DNA from: a bacterium
Lineage (GTDB): Bacteria; UBA8248
Assembly (NCBI GenBank): GCA_965221165.1
Contig: CBDCRP010000002.1
Location: 544,001-608,000, forward strand
Length of the DNA stretch: 64,000 nt
Reading direction: 5' to 3'
Shown: one piece after another, positions 54,026-64,000 of the stretch
Layout: every line of letters starts with the position of its first letter
How positions within the stretch are numbered: the stretch's first letter is position 1
Notes under the pieces: model-generated
The model's input: the letters and a program-made list of their open reading frames with translations, nothing else
The model's database searches: none
What the model was told of the DNA's origin: nothing
Translations under genes and position numbers: made by a program

Positions 54026-54440
54026 AACTCCCTTCTCCTTGGTTTGGTAGGCACCTTTTTACCGCCTGGAACGTGAGATGATGCCTTCTGGTTGCATCAC
54101 TCGCCACATTCTGCGCGGGGAGACTTTTCCTCCTAGCCTCAAGCGGTAAGGTTGATGTGATGAAATTCCTTCATGTTCGATTCAAGAGCAGATTCTCATC
54201 GCCGGGTGCGATGCGAAGCGGGCATTCGGTGTTTTTCAGAACCAGTCATGGGCGCGCGCATAAAACCATTTCTGGAAATATATTCATCCGAGGACAGAGA
54301 TAAACCTAAAGGTGGTTATATTTCCCAAGACAAATTCTTTTCTCTTTATCTAAAATTCCAAATAGTTGCGTATCAGATGGCGTTTGAAGTTTAGGGCGAC
54401 GAAACTGTATCAGGAATAGCCGACAAAAACACTATGAGAA

Positions 54441-54469
54441 AAAGTAATAAGTTCCAGCAAGTTTGTCAA
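54441..54469 (-). promoter_or_regulatory. sigma70-like promoter for rho
   Basis: TTGACA-N17-TACTTT on the minus strand, about 410 nt upstream of the rho ATG. Confidence 0.65.
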
Positions 54470-54479
54470 CACTTTTATT

Positions 54480-55079
54480 TTACTTCCCGGAGAGCGATTT
54501 TATCAACTCCTCCACCTGCTCCCGGGTATTGTCCATCGAACCGCGATTGTCGATGACGTGATCCGCATATTTCACTTTTTCCGACAGCGGCATCTGCGCA
54601 ACGATGCGCCTCATCGCCTCCTCTTCACTCATCGCGTTTCGCCGGCATAACCGGCTTATCTGTTGAGATTCATCACAATCGACAACCACAATCAAGTCGA
54701 ACCGCCTCCAACTCCCCGACTCGATCATGACAGCGGCGTCCACGACCGCGATGGGCGTATTTCCCTCCAACTCTATATTCTTTAACCGCCTATCTTGCTC
54801 AGCGATGATTTCCGGATGCAGAATTCCCTCCAGAATCTTTTTTTTCGAGGAGTCAGAAAAAACAATTTCCCCAAGTCTGGCCCGGTTCAGGCTCTTGTCG
54901 TCGGTGAGAACCTCTTCTCCAAATGCATCGACAACCCTACCCAGAGCGGCGGAACCCGGGGCGACCACCTCGCGCGCAATCACGTCCGCGTCGATTACCG
55001 GAACGCCCAGGTCCCTGATCATCCGGCTCACCGTGGATTTTCCGCTGGCGATTCCCCCAGTCAGACCAACCCTGCGCAC
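54480..55079 (-). CDS. coaE: Dephospho-CoA kinase
   Basis: VGLTGGIASGKST, DAD..AR, LNR..L...VF, HP and AQM...EK motifs. Confidence 0.96.
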   Translation of the reverse strand: MRRVGLTGGIASGKSTVSRMIRDLGVPVIDADVIAREVVAPGSAALGRVVDAFGEEVLTDDKSLNRARLGEIVFSDSSKKKILEGILHPEIIAEQDRRLKNIELEGNTPIAVVDAAVMIESGSWRRFDLIVVVDCDESQQISRLCRRNAMSEEEAMRRIVAQMPLSEKVKYADHVIDNRGSMDNTREQVEELIKSLSGK

Positions 55080-55132
55080 GTCACCGCTTTCCGCTTTTGG
55101 GAAGTATCATATCGAGACATCAGTAAAGGATA

Positions 55133-55408
55133 TTAAATTCCGCGTCGTTTGGCCTCTTGCTCATAATGCTTATTGAAGAGTATCTCCCAGTCACGACTCC
55201 CCTCCACCAGCCTGCTGGAATATGTGCTTAAAATTCTTCGCACCTCTTCTTCGATATCATCATCAATGATCAACTCATTGCTGATGGCGCGCAGAACATT
55301 CATGCGCAATTCCTGAGGCTCGACAAGAAAATCCACGTCGTCACACTCTTCAATATCCTTGACGACCAAATTCGTCAGATGATTGATCTTCTCGCGGCTG
55401 AGTTTCAT
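55133..55408 (-). CDS. DUF507 family protein
   Basis: MKLS.E.I..L start, ...D..I.EEVR..L; similar to the neighbouring paralog. Confidence 0.8.
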   Translation of the reverse strand: MKLSREKINHLTNLVVKDIEECDDVDFLVEPQELRMNVLRAISNELIIDDDIEEEVRRILSTYSSRLVEGSRDWEILFNKHYEQEAKRRGI

Positions 55409-55466
55409 GGCCGCGTTCTCCTGATAAGATTATAAGAAAATTACCCCGGGGCACTCTCTCACCCCG

Positions 55467-55748
55467 CTAAAGCACGAGATTTCGCTCACGCGCCAGTTTT
55501 GTTTTCACCATCGTAAACATTCGGCTGTAGTCCACATTGCCCTTGTCCATCTCATCCTCAAAGTCCCGCAAGATTTCCTTGACCTCATCGTTGAGCCGAT
55601 CCTCGACCATCAAGTCCGCCTCGATTACATGCGCAATGCGGGTCCTGAGCACTTCTTCGTTCGAGTCTTCAGATATCAATTCGCGACGAATCAACCTCTC
55701 GACAACTCTGCGGGCGATTCGCTCAATCATTTCTTTTCTCAATTTCAT
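55467..55748 (-). CDS. DUF507 family protein
   Basis: ED.LNDEV..IL...VDY..MF..VK.KLA.ER..VL motif. Confidence 0.85.
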   Translation of the reverse strand: MKLRKEMIERIARRVVERLIRRELISEDSNEEVLRTRIAHVIEADLMVEDRLNDEVKEILRDFEDEMDKGNVDYSRMFTMVKTKLARERNLVL

Positions 55749-55769
55749 ACCAGGGCCCTCCTCAGCAAT

Positions 55770-56840
55770 TTATAAGGCCGTATCACTTTCTTTTCTTCCC
55801 CGGCGGCCCTTGCGGTACTTCTTCAAGGCAGCTTCCAAATCCTGAGCGAACGCATCACGCAATTTAACTGGCGCCATCAGCTCCGCGTCCTGACCAAAAG
55901 ACATCAGCCACCGCCTGAAACCCCAAATATCACTTACCCGGACTACCACCTCCCGGATCGATCCGCCGGATTTTTTTGCGCGTTCCACTTCGCCGAATGC
56001 TTCTTGCATATATGCGACGACCGAACGAAGCGCCACGCCCTTCCCGAATCGAACCCTCACATTCAAACCATTATTCATCGCTTCGCGCAAGCACTCGGCC
56101 AGCAAAGCCTTCAAATCCAATTCGAGCGGCATCTGAAAGGCTCCGGCCATGATGCGAACGCTTTCTATGCCCTCCAGATGCCAGACGTCCAAGGCATTTT
56201 TTTCCGATTCCCGCGCCAGCAGATGATAGCTCCCGCCATCAAAATGCAGGAGATACGGGTCTATCTTCCACCAGCGCTTTCGAATCTCTCCTCCCCGGGC
56301 CGCCAGGATGCGGGCGGGTTTTCCTTTTTCTATCGCTTCGAGCAGGATGCCGCCCACCCTGCGCTGTCGCCTGTGTTCCCTGAGCGCTCCCACCACCCCG
56401 ACATAGCGTGGTTCCACTCCCTCCGCATATGCGCGCAAAGCCGCGGGAATATAATGGCGCAAGCGGCTGAAAACACCGCTGATGCTGGCGTTCAGCGACT
56501 CCTCCCTTAATGGACTGCCCGGCAAACCCCTCAACATGCACAGGGCGTAATACAAGGACGCCCACTGAGAAGGCAAGAATGGCTTTGGAACCGAATCCAC
56601 ATATTCCTGCAATAAACGATACCTCATCTTTCGGCCCGTGCGAACCCTCTCCAAAGGGAATCCCGCCTTCATCAAATGGGAAACATCCCTTTGAAGCGTT
56701 CTCAAACTCCACTCATGGCCGGCGCCGTCCGCCGATTCCTCACTCAAGACTCCAAGGAGTTCTTCATGAGACCAGCTTTCCCCACTCTCCAAAGCCCGGA
56801 GAAGCCGCCAGCGACGTATGAATTGATCCTGAAGCGCCAT
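55770..56840 (-). CDS. HTH-WYL-WCX transcriptional regulator (PafB/DriD-like, divergent)
   Basis: N-terminal HTH (SLRTLQRDVSHL..AGFPL), WYL-like IDPY.L.....SYHLLA, WCX W.MSFG..AE...P..LR. Confidence 0.8.
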   Translation of the reverse strand: MALQDQFIRRWRLLRALESGESWSHEELLGVLSEESADGAGHEWSLRTLQRDVSHLMKAGFPLERVRTGRKMRYRLLQEYVDSVPKPFLPSQWASLYYALCMLRGLPGSPLREESLNASISGVFSRLRHYIPAALRAYAEGVEPRYVGVVGALREHRRQRRVGGILLEAIEKGKPARILAARGGEIRKRWWKIDPYLLHFDGGSYHLLARESEKNALDVWHLEGIESVRIMAGAFQMPLELDLKALLAECLREAMNNGLNVRVRFGKGVALRSVVAYMQEAFGEVERAKKSGGSIREVVVRVSDIWGFRRWLMSFGQDAELMAPVKLRDAFAQDLEAALKKYRKGRRGRKESDTAL

Positions 56841-56850
56841 GTGGCGTTCC

Positions 56851-57726
56851 TTATGTTGCCGCCCGGTGCGTTTTCGCCCGTTCCGACAATTCAAACAACA
56901 AACTCAAGGGCTGCGAGAATTGCCCCAATCTATCCCGTTTATGCGGGACGCCGTGACAATCGGAGCCTCCCATACATAATAGCCCGTATTCTTTCGCTAT
57001 TTTCCGGTAATGACTTTGCGCATCCGCGCCTTGAGCGGGGTGCTCCACTTCGACCCCCGAGAGTCCCGCTTCCGCCATGGCCGGGATGATTTCATCACAC
57101 CCGCTCAGCAACGGATGGGCCAGGGTGGAGACTCCACCGGCACCATGAATCAGTGTAAGCGCATCGAAAGGAGAAAGTATATCCAGTTCCACATAACCGG
57201 GTGCGCTTTCTCCGATATATCTCTCAAAAACCTCCCGGCGCGAGCTCGCGAAGCCTTTCTTGAGCATATACGCCCCCAACTGACCCCGGGTGATGCTGGG
57301 GCTATGCGCGTAGGTGGCGAAAAAATCTTTTTTGTCCATCACCAGGCCACAGCGCCTCAGCCGATCGATAATCTCCCCCATCCTCTTCACTCTGGCTGAT
57401 CCCTGCACTTTTATCTGCTCCACCAGACGAGGCGCGTCCGGACGAATGAAATGCCCGAGAAGGTGTACGCTCCGGCCCAGATGGTCACAAGAGAATTCGA
57501 TGCCCGGCACAAATTCGATCCCCAGCCTTTCCGCTTCCGCGCCTGCGCGAGCCAAACCCGCGACCGTGTCGTGATCCGTAAGCGATATGGCGCGAATGCC
57601 GGCTCGTTTCGCCCTTTGGATGAGCTTTTCCGGGGAGTCCAAGCCATCGGACATATCCGAATGGACGTGAAACTCCACGACCTTCTCATCCAGGGAGAGG
57701 CCACATAAGTTCGAGACATACGCCAT
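56851..57726 (-). CDS. PHP-domain protein, YciV/TrpH (RNase AM-like) family
   Basis: HVHS..SDG, LTDHDT, GIEFS, HLLG, LAHP and GGSDCHG motifs. Confidence 0.9.
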   Translation of the reverse strand: MAYVSNLCGLSLDEKVVEFHVHSDMSDGLDSPEKLIQRAKRAGIRAISLTDHDTVAGLARAGAEAERLGIEFVPGIEFSCDHLGRSVHLLGHFIRPDAPRLVEQIKVQGSARVKRMGEIIDRLRRCGLVMDKKDFFATYAHSPSITRGQLGAYMLKKGFASSRREVFERYIGESAPGYVELDILSPFDALTLIHGAGGVSTLAHPLLSGCDEIIPAMAEAGLSGVEVEHPAQGADAQSHYRKIAKEYGLLCMGGSDCHGVPHKRDRLGQFSQPLSLLFELSERAKTHRAAT

Positions 57727-57781
57727 GGATACAGATTCCTGAATACGAGGGAAACACCGGACTTTCGCCCAACTCAATGAA

Positions 57782-57856
<75 letters not shown>

Positions 57857-57866
57857 CTTCATCCTG

Positions 57867-57896
57867 ACGATAGGGCCATGTCGCCGATGGTGTCAA
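57867..57896 (-). promoter_or_regulatory. sigma70-like promoter for tRNA-Gly and downstream genes
   Basis: TTGACA-N18-TATCGT ending 10 nt before the tRNA. Confidence 0.6.
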
Positions 57897-57935
57897 GGAA
57901 ATGAAAGAGAAATAATGCTATCGATAAACAACGCG

Positions 57936-58784
57936 TCATCGCGCCAGCGTCCATTCTTCGTTTTCATATCGGGCCCGGGATATCTTGAGCGCCCTCGCGT
58001 TCTCGACCTCCGAGAGCGCACGTGGAAAAAAGCGAAAGCCCAAAACCTTCTCGAGGCCCGCCTTAGAGGCGCCGGCCACATCGCGAAAAGAAATTTCCTC
58101 GCCCAGGACCTCCCGAAGGCCGACCGCGTGGGCGCGGCGGGAGAGCACGCGCTCGGCCGGCCTTGACTTGAGAAGACTCGCGAGGCGCTCTTCCGAGGAG
58201 CGGAGTAGAATGCTCCCATGCTGCAAAACCGCGCCACCCTCGCGGCATTGCGCGCTGCCCACTATTTTTTGACCGCCAATCGCAAGCTCCCACACCGACG
58301 CCGTGGCGAAACAAGAGCCTTGCGAGGAATAGGCGCTCCCGCTCGGGGGAGACAACTCGACCGGCGCCCCCAGAGACATCAATCCCTCGGCCAAACCCTG
58401 GCTGATTCTGCGGTAGGTTTCCTCAATCGTATCGCCGAGAAATATTTCCGGTCCGGTGATGGAATACGTCAACTCACAATCATGCAACACCGCCCGTCCA
58501 CCGGTGAGCCTTCGGCAGATGTCGATTCCCTCATCCGCGAGTCGTTCTATAAAAATATCACGCCCGGCTGTCTGGCCGCGGCCCAGGGAGATCGCCGGGG
58601 GCGACCAGGCATAGACGCGAAAGGTGACGGGCGCCTCATGGGGAGGCCGACCTTCTTTCAGATGGGCTTGACAACTCTCGAACAACAACTCGTCCACCGC
58701 CATGTTCCAGGCGGCGGAGGACCCGCCCGTGTCCAGGAATAGCGCATGGGGGATTTCTCGGGGCTCAGCGTTTGCGCGTTGCAT
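57936..58784 (-). CDS. Lipoate-protein ligase / octanoyltransferase (LipM-like)
   Basis: NMAVDE, R.Y.W, RRLTGGRAVLH, CF, K..GSAQ and LQHGS motifs; follows gcvP. Confidence 0.9.
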   Translation of the reverse strand: MQRANAEPREIPHALFLDTGGSSAAWNMAVDELLFESCQAHLKEGRPPHEAPVTFRVYAWSPPAISLGRGQTAGRDIFIERLADEGIDICRRLTGGRAVLHDCELTYSITGPEIFLGDTIEETYRRISQGLAEGLMSLGAPVELSPPSGSAYSSQGSCFATASVWELAIGGQKIVGSAQCREGGAVLQHGSILLRSSEERLASLLKSRPAERVLSRRAHAVGLREVLGEEISFRDVAGASKAGLEKVLGFRFFPRALSEVENARALKISRARYENEEWTLAR

Positions 58785-58786
58785 TC

Positions 58787-61675
58787 TCAGGCATAGTTTT
58801 CGACAGGCAAACAAGAGCAGACCAGATTTCTGTCTCCATACGGATTATTCACCCGTTTGACGGGAGGCCAATACTTCGCCGCGCCCACCCAGGACAGCGG
58901 GAAAACCGCTTTCTCGCGCGAATAGGGGTGGGTCCATTCATCGGACGTAACGTCGGACGCCGTATGGGGCGCATTTTTGAGAACGTTGTCTTCTCCGCTC
59001 ATGGCCCCATTCTCGATTTCCCGAATATCCGCCCGGATGTCGATCATCGCGTCACAGAATCGATCCAGCTCTTCTTTCGATTCACTCTCCGTCGGCTCGA
59101 TCATCAAGGTTCCCGCCACGGGGAAAGACATCGTTGGCGCATGGAAACCATAATCCATCAGGCGCTTCGCGATGTCCTCGTTCGTCACGCCCGAGGCTTC
59201 CTGCAGGGGCCTGATGTCGATGATGCACTCATGCGCCACCATGCCGTTCGCCCCCTTGTACAAAACCTCATAGTGGGGCTCGAGCCTATTGGCCACGTAA
59301 TTCGCGTTCAAAATGGCCACCTGTGTCGCCTTGACGAGACCCTCGCCGCCCATCATGGCGATATACATCCAGGAGATGGGCAATATACCAGCGCTTCCCC
59401 AGGGTGCTGCGGAAACCGCATCCACACCCGTCTCAGGCCCCACTCCCGAAACCACCGAATGTTTCGGCAAATAAGGGGACAAATGCTTCACGACGCCGAT
59501 GGGGCCCATGCCGGGTCCCCCGCCACCGTGGGGAATGCAAAACGTCTTGTGAAGGTTCATGTGGGAAACGTCGGGCCCGAACTCGCCGGGCTTGCAAATT
59601 CCGACCAGCGCATTGAGATTCGCGCCGTCCATGTACACCTGACCGCCGTTTTGGTGGATGATCTCACAAATCTCCACCACGCCTTCCTCGAAAACGCCGT
59701 GCGTCGAGGGGTAGGTGATCATCAAGGCGGCCAGTTTTTCCGAAAATTTTTCCGCCTTCTCCTTCAAATCTGCGATGTCCACGTTCCCGTTCGCATCACA
59801 ATCGACGACCACCACCTCGAAACCGGCCATGACGGCGCTGGCGGGATTCGTTCCGTGGGCCGAACTCGGAATCAGGCAGATGTTTCGATAGCCCTCGTTT
59901 TTGCTCTCATGGTATTTGCGGATGACCAACAAACCGGCGTATTCACCCTGCGCACCCGAGTTGGGCTGCATGGAAATGGAATCGAACCCCGTGCACTCGG
60001 CCAGCATGTTTTCCAGATCACCGATGAAATCCCGATAGCCCCGCACCTGTTCCTCTGGCGCGAACGGGTGAATCCCACCGAATTCTTCCCACGTCACGGG
60101 AATCATCTCGGTGGTGGCATTGAGTTTCATCGTGCACGAACCCAGCGGGATCATGGAGCGCGTAAGCGCGATGTCTTTTTCTTGAAGACGATAGATATAC
60201 CGCAGCATTTCATGTTCCGCGTGGTGGGTATTGAAAACCGGATGCGTCATGTAGGGTGAGGTTCTTCTCAGGGAATCCGGAATCCGCTCCGCCGCTTCGG
60301 CCTCGACGTCATCGAACGATAGTCCGGCTGAACCGTCTTCGGCGAAAACCTCCCAAAGTGCTTCTACGTCGTCTCTCCCGGTGGTCTCATCAAAGGCGAT
60401 GCCGACGGCGTCATCACCGAGTCGCCTGAGATTCATCCGCCGCTCCGCCGCTTTCTCGACGATTCGGGCGGCGCCCCCCGCGCCTACGCGCACGGACACG
60501 GTGTCGAAAAAAGAATTCGCCGCCAGGGTGCAGCCCATGCGCTCCAGACCATCGGCCAGCACGCCGGCCAGGCGGTGCGTTCTCCGGGCGATTCTCTCCA
60601 CGCCGTCCGGGCCGTGGTACACGCCGTACATGCTCGCGATGACGGCCAGAAGAACCTGCGCGGTGCAAATGTTGCTCGTGGCACGCTCGCGGCGTATGTG
60701 CTGTTCCCTCGTCTGCAAGGAGAGTCTCAAGGCGGGGTCTTCGTTCGCATCGATTGATACGCCGACGATGCGGCCCGGCATGGCGCGCTTATGCTTTTCC
60801 CTCGTCGCCAGATAGGCCGCATGCGGCCCACCGAAGCCCAAGGGAACGCCGAAGCGCTGCGAATTCCCGACCACGACGTCGGCCCCGAACTCACCGGGGG
60901 GCTTCAGGAGCGCCAGGGCGAGAATGTCTGCGGCGACGACGACGAGGGCGTCCGTCTCGTGCGCCTTGTTCGCAAAATCGGCGTAGTCGAATACCTCCCC
61001 GCCCGTTGCAGGATACTGAAGCAAGACGCCGAAAACATCCCCGTCCAGCGCGACGTCTCGATGATCGCCCACCACGACTTCGATATTCTGTGGCTCCGCC
61101 CGGGTTCGCACCACTTCAATCGTCTGGGGGTGGCAATCTTTCGAAACGAAAAACTTGCGCCCCTTGTTCTTGCTCGCGTTCATCGCCATGGTCATCGCCT
61201 CGGCGGCGGCCGTGCCCTCATCCAGCAAGGAGGCGTTGGCGATCTCCATGCCGGTGAGGTCCATGATCATGGTTTGAAAATTCAAGAGCGCCTCCATGCG
61301 CCCCTGCGAGATTTCCGGCTGATAGGGCGTGTACGCCGTATACCAGCCCGGATTTTCCAGGATGTTGCGAAGAACGACCGTCGGGGTGTGGCAATCCGAA
61401 TATCCCATGCCGAGCATGGACTTGAACACCTGATTCCGGCCCGCGAAAGAACCCAAATCGACCAGTGCCTGTTGCTCGGTTCTGGGCGCGGCGAGACCCA
61501 GCTTCGTGTTGGAAATGATGGATGAAGGTATGGCTTTTTCGACCAATTCGTCCAGGGAGTTCAGATCAATCGCTCCCAGCATCGACCCGATGTCTTCATC
61601 GCTCGGCGCAATGTGGCGATGAATGAATTCTCCCCGATTCTCGAGATTCTCGAGAGACAAGCGAGACTCCGTCAT
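58787..61675 (-). CDS. gcvP: Glycine dehydrogenase (decarboxylating), single-chain P protein
   Basis: [43 protein letters not shown] and EPTESE motifs. Confidence 0.98.
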   Translation of the reverse strand: MTESRLSLENLENRGEFIHRHIAPSDEDIGSMLGAIDLNSLDELVEKAIPSSIISNTKLGLAAPRTEQQALVDLGSFAGRNQVFKSMLGMGYSDCHTPTVVLRNILENPGWYTAYTPYQPEISQGRMEALLNFQTMIMDLTGMEIANASLLDEGTAAAEAMTMAMNASKNKGRKFFVSKDCHPQTIEVVRTRAEPQNIEVVVGDHRDVALDGDVFGVLLQYPATGGEVFDYADFANKAHETDALVVVAADILALALLKPPGEFGADVVVGNSQRFGVPLGFGGPHAAYLATREKHKRAMPGRIVGVSIDANEDPALRLSLQTREQHIRRERATSNICTAQVLLAVIASMYGVYHGPDGVERIARRTHRLAGVLADGLERMGCTLAANSFFDTVSVRVGAGGAARIVEKAAERRMNLRRLGDDAVGIAFDETTGRDDVEALWEVFAEDGSAGLSFDDVEAEAAERIPDSLRRTSPYMTHPVFNTHHAEHEMLRYIYRLQEKDIALTRSMIPLGSCTMKLNATTEMIPVTWEEFGGIHPFAPEEQVRGYRDFIGDLENMLAECTGFDSISMQPNSGAQGEYAGLLVIRKYHESKNEGYRNICLIPSSAHGTNPASAVMAGFEVVVVDCDANGNVDIADLKEKAEKFSEKLAALMITYPSTHGVFEEGVVEICEIIHQNGGQVYMDGANLNALVGICKPGEFGPDVSHMNLHKTFCIPHGGGGPGMGPIGVVKHLSPYLPKHSVVSGVGPETGVDAVSAAPWGSAGILPISWMYIAMMGGEGLVKATQVAILNANYVANRLEPHYEVLYKGANGMVAHECIIDIRPLQEASGVTNEDIAKRLMDYGFHAPTMSFPVAGTLMIEPTESESKEELDRFCDAMIDIRADIREIENGAMSGEDNVLKNAPHTASDVTSDEWTHPYSREKAVFPLSWVGAAKYWPPVKRVNNPYGDRNLVCSCLPVENYA

Positions 61676-61782
61676 GAATGCGCCCCTTCAGGTTATGGGG
61701 ATTCAGGCGGATACGTCATTTCCGCTCCGGTTCACTGGAGATGAAAAATCGCTTCCAGCGCGAAGGAGAGAGCCGGTTCAGG

Positions 61783-62172
61783 CTAACCGCTTTCCTCCTC
61801 GGTGTACGCCAAGTACGAATCGGCTTCCAGAAGATCGCTCAACTCCGACTCGTCTTTCATCTCCACCCGAATCATCCAGCCGTCTTCATACGGATCCGAA
61901 TTCACGAGTTCGGGCTCGTCCTCGAGCGTGGTGTTCGCCTCGGTAACGACACCCGAGACCGGCGCGAAAAGGTCCGAGACCGCCTTGACGCTCTCCACGA
62001 CGCCGAAAGTGTTGTTCGCCTCCACTTCCATGCCGACGTCGGGCAGTTCGACGTACACCACGTCCCCCAGTTCTGATTGGGCGAAGTCCGTAATCCCAAT
62101 CACCACGATGTTTCCCTCTACTCTTACCCACTCGTGCTCTCTGGAATATTTGAGGCCGCTCGGTAGTTCCAT
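61783..62172 (-). CDS. gcvH: Glycine cleavage system H protein
   Basis: HEW, GITDFAQ.ELGD, VESVKA (lipoyl Lys) and N.DPY.DGW motifs. Confidence 0.98.
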   Translation of the reverse strand: MELPSGLKYSREHEWVRVEGNIVVIGITDFAQSELGDVVYVELPDVGMEVEANNTFGVVESVKAVSDLFAPVSGVVTEANTTLEDEPELVNSDPYEDGWMIRVEMKDESELSDLLEADSYLAYTEEESG

Positions 62173-62244
62173 GCTCCTGAATGCCTCCCTTTTAGATGAC
62201 GGCAGTTCCTTATGATTTGTTATGAGAAAACGGAATTCACTCCT

Positions 62245-63354
62245 TCAAGTCTTTTTGTAAAAAGGTGTCTTCACTATCTGCGCCCGCCTGGCCTTGCCTC
62301 GAATGTCGATTTCCAGCGCGGCACCCTCGCTTGCGTTCGACGCAGGAACGTAGCCTATCCCGATGGCTTTGCCAAGAGAGGGGCTCATCGTTCCGCTCGT
62401 AACGCCTCCGGCCACTTCGCCATCGATCAGGATGGGCGCTCCATGTCGAGGAATACCACGATCCACCATTTCGAATCCAACCAGTTTTCGCTTCGGACCC
62501 TCCTCCTTGAGGGCCAGCAATTTCTCTCGGCCGATGAAATCCCCCGCCTTGTACCTCACCACCCAGCCGAGACCCGCCTCGAGCGGGTGGGTGGACTCAT
62601 CGATGTCGTTTCCGTACAGGGCGAATTTCATCTCCGTGCGCAAGGTATCCCGCGCGCCCAGACCACAGGGTTTGAGTCCCTCGCCCCCGCCCTCGCTCAT
62701 CAGCGCAGCCCAGAGCGTCGGCGCATCGGGTGATTTGCAATACAACTCGAAGCCGTCCTCTCCCGTGTAGCCCGTGCGGGAGACCAGCACCTCACACCCC
62801 GCCACGTCCTTATACTGCGCCCCGTAATAGGGGATGGCGGCGAGGTCCCCTCCCCCCGGAATCAATTTCCCTAAAATGGATTCGGCTTTGGGGCCTTGTA
62901 AGGCGAGGAGGCCCGTTTGGTCGCTCACGTTTTCGAACTCGCACGCTTCTTCGTGGTGGGAGGCCATCCACTTCCAGTCTTTTTCGATGTTCGCCGCGTT
63001 CACGACGGCCATGTAGCGCTCTTCTTCGAGCCGGTAGACCGTGAGGTCGTCCACGATCCCCCCTTCCGTCCTGCACATGGCCGCATACAGGACACCGCCC
63101 ACCTCGAGCTTCAAGACGTTGTTCGTGACCATTTTGTGGATGAAGGCGCCCGCTTCTTTTCCGCGCGCTTCGAACTCGCCCATGTGGCTCACGTCGAACA
63201 GACCGGCCGCTTCGCGAACCGCATGGTGCTCATCGATCACGCCCGTGTACTGCACGGGCATTTCATAGCCCGCGAAGGGCACCATCTTCGCGCCGGCGGC
63301 CTTGTGCGTTTCATACAGGGAGGTTCTGCGCAGTTCCTGCTCGCTACTCGTCAT
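62245..63354 (-). CDS. gcvT: Glycine cleavage system aminomethyltransferase
   Basis: FAGYEMPVQY, FDVSHMG, RTGYTGEDGFE, GLGARDTLR.E and PFY motifs. Confidence 0.98.
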   Translation of the reverse strand: MTSSEQELRRTSLYETHKAAGAKMVPFAGYEMPVQYTGVIDEHHAVREAAGLFDVSHMGEFEARGKEAGAFIHKMVTNNVLKLEVGGVLYAAMCRTEGGIVDDLTVYRLEEERYMAVVNAANIEKDWKWMASHHEEACEFENVSDQTGLLALQGPKAESILGKLIPGGGDLAAIPYYGAQYKDVAGCEVLVSRTGYTGEDGFELYCKSPDAPTLWAALMSEGGGEGLKPCGLGARDTLRTEMKFALYGNDIDESTHPLEAGLGWVVRYKAGDFIGREKLLALKEEGPKRKLVGFEMVDRGIPRHGAPILIDGEVAGGVTSGTMSPSLGKAIGIGYVPASNASEGAALEIDIRGKARRAQIVKTPFYKKT

Positions 63355-63501
63355 GGGGAATCCTCAAATCTCGTGGAAATTTCCACCCTTCATGAGCCTT
63401 ACCGCGTATCGGGATGAATTTCAAGGGTTTTATTCTAATTCTTCGGAACAATCATGAGTGAAGTGGAAAACGAATTTTCAAGGATTCAGAAAATCACCCG
63501 C

Positions 63502-64000
63502 CTACGCAAACGCGCGGATTCCGGTTTCATACCCGGCGATGATGAGCTTTTGAATCTGGCTGGTTCCCTCGTAAATCGTCGCCACGCGGGCGTCGCGCAT
63601 GTAGCGCTCCACGGGATACTCGTTGCTGTAGCCCATGCCGCCGTGAATCTGAATGGCGTCGTTCGCGCAGCGCAGGGCCGCTTCGCTGCAATAGTATTTG
63701 GCGATGGAGGTCTCGCGCGTATTCGGCTTGCCCGCATTCTTGAGCTCGCCCGCCCGGTAGAGCAGGAGCCTGCTCGCGTCGATATCGACCACCATGCGGG
63801 CGATCATGTCCTGTACGAGTTGGTGCGCCGCGATGGGCTTTCCGAACGTGTGGCGTTCTTTCGCGTAGGCGACCGACGCTTCGAGAGAGCCTTGCGCGAT
63901 TCCCAGACAACCCGCGCCCACCGAATAGCGCCCGTTGTCCAGCGCGCTCATCGCGACCCTGAAGCCATCGCCCACTTCTCCCATCAAGGCGTCGTCGGGC
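63502..64000 (-). CDS. Acyl-CoA dehydrogenase (5' part outside window)
   Basis: R.TFGKPI..HQ, AIQIHGGMGY..EYPVERY.RDA and IYEGTSQIQ motifs. Confidence 0.93.
   Translation of the reverse strand, partial: PDDALMGEVGDGFRVAMSALDNGRYSVGAGCLGIAQGSLEASVAYAKERHTFGKPIAAHQLVQDMIARMVVDIDASRLLLYRAGELKNAGKPNTRETSIAKYYCSEAALRCANDAIQIHGGMGYSNEYPVERYMRDARVATIYEGTSQIQKLIIAGYETGIRAFA

Noticed and set aside
61676-61782. Possible glycine riboswitch between gcvH and gcvP
   Set aside because: GGAGA/GAAGG/CAGG-like words are on the non-transcribed strand and do not form the aptamer.

Overview
GC-rich bacterial chromosomal window made up almost entirely of housekeeping genes. Gene order is reminiscent of Deltaproteobacteria/Nitrospinota-like lineages, but the taxonomy is not provable from this window. 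From position 953 to the end, every credible gene lies on the minus strand. In order along the window: NitT/TauT-type ABC permease and binding protein, tRNA-Asp, mtnA, the pgeF-yggS-proC-yggT-divIVA-DUF167 block, a dcw cluster (mraZ to ftsZ, no ddl), cobS/panB/panE, a TauE-family exporter, folP/folC/purH/ilvA, RNase P RNA, RNase HI, a zinc-ribbon protein, tRNA-Ile2, rpoD-dnaG-mutS2, his genes, murA-prmC-prfA-rpmE-rho, coaE, two DUF507 genes, a WYL regulator, a PHP nuclease, tRNA-Gly, a lipoyl ligase, gcvPHT and a partial acyl-CoA dehydrogenase. The standout is rpmE. It is one open frame of about 423 aa in which ribosomal protein L31 is fused, through a charged helical region and repeated acidic linkers, to two extra globular domains that look like winged-helix-type nucleic-acid binders. 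Other notable items: a 130-bp MITE with a 5-bp target duplication, a pan-motif-like hairpin before panB, oppositely oriented MraZ boxes flanking an AT-rich spacer, a WYL protein lacking its ligand-binding arginines, and a CobS with degenerate motifs. All calls come from reading the sequence and recognising motifs; no database searches were run.
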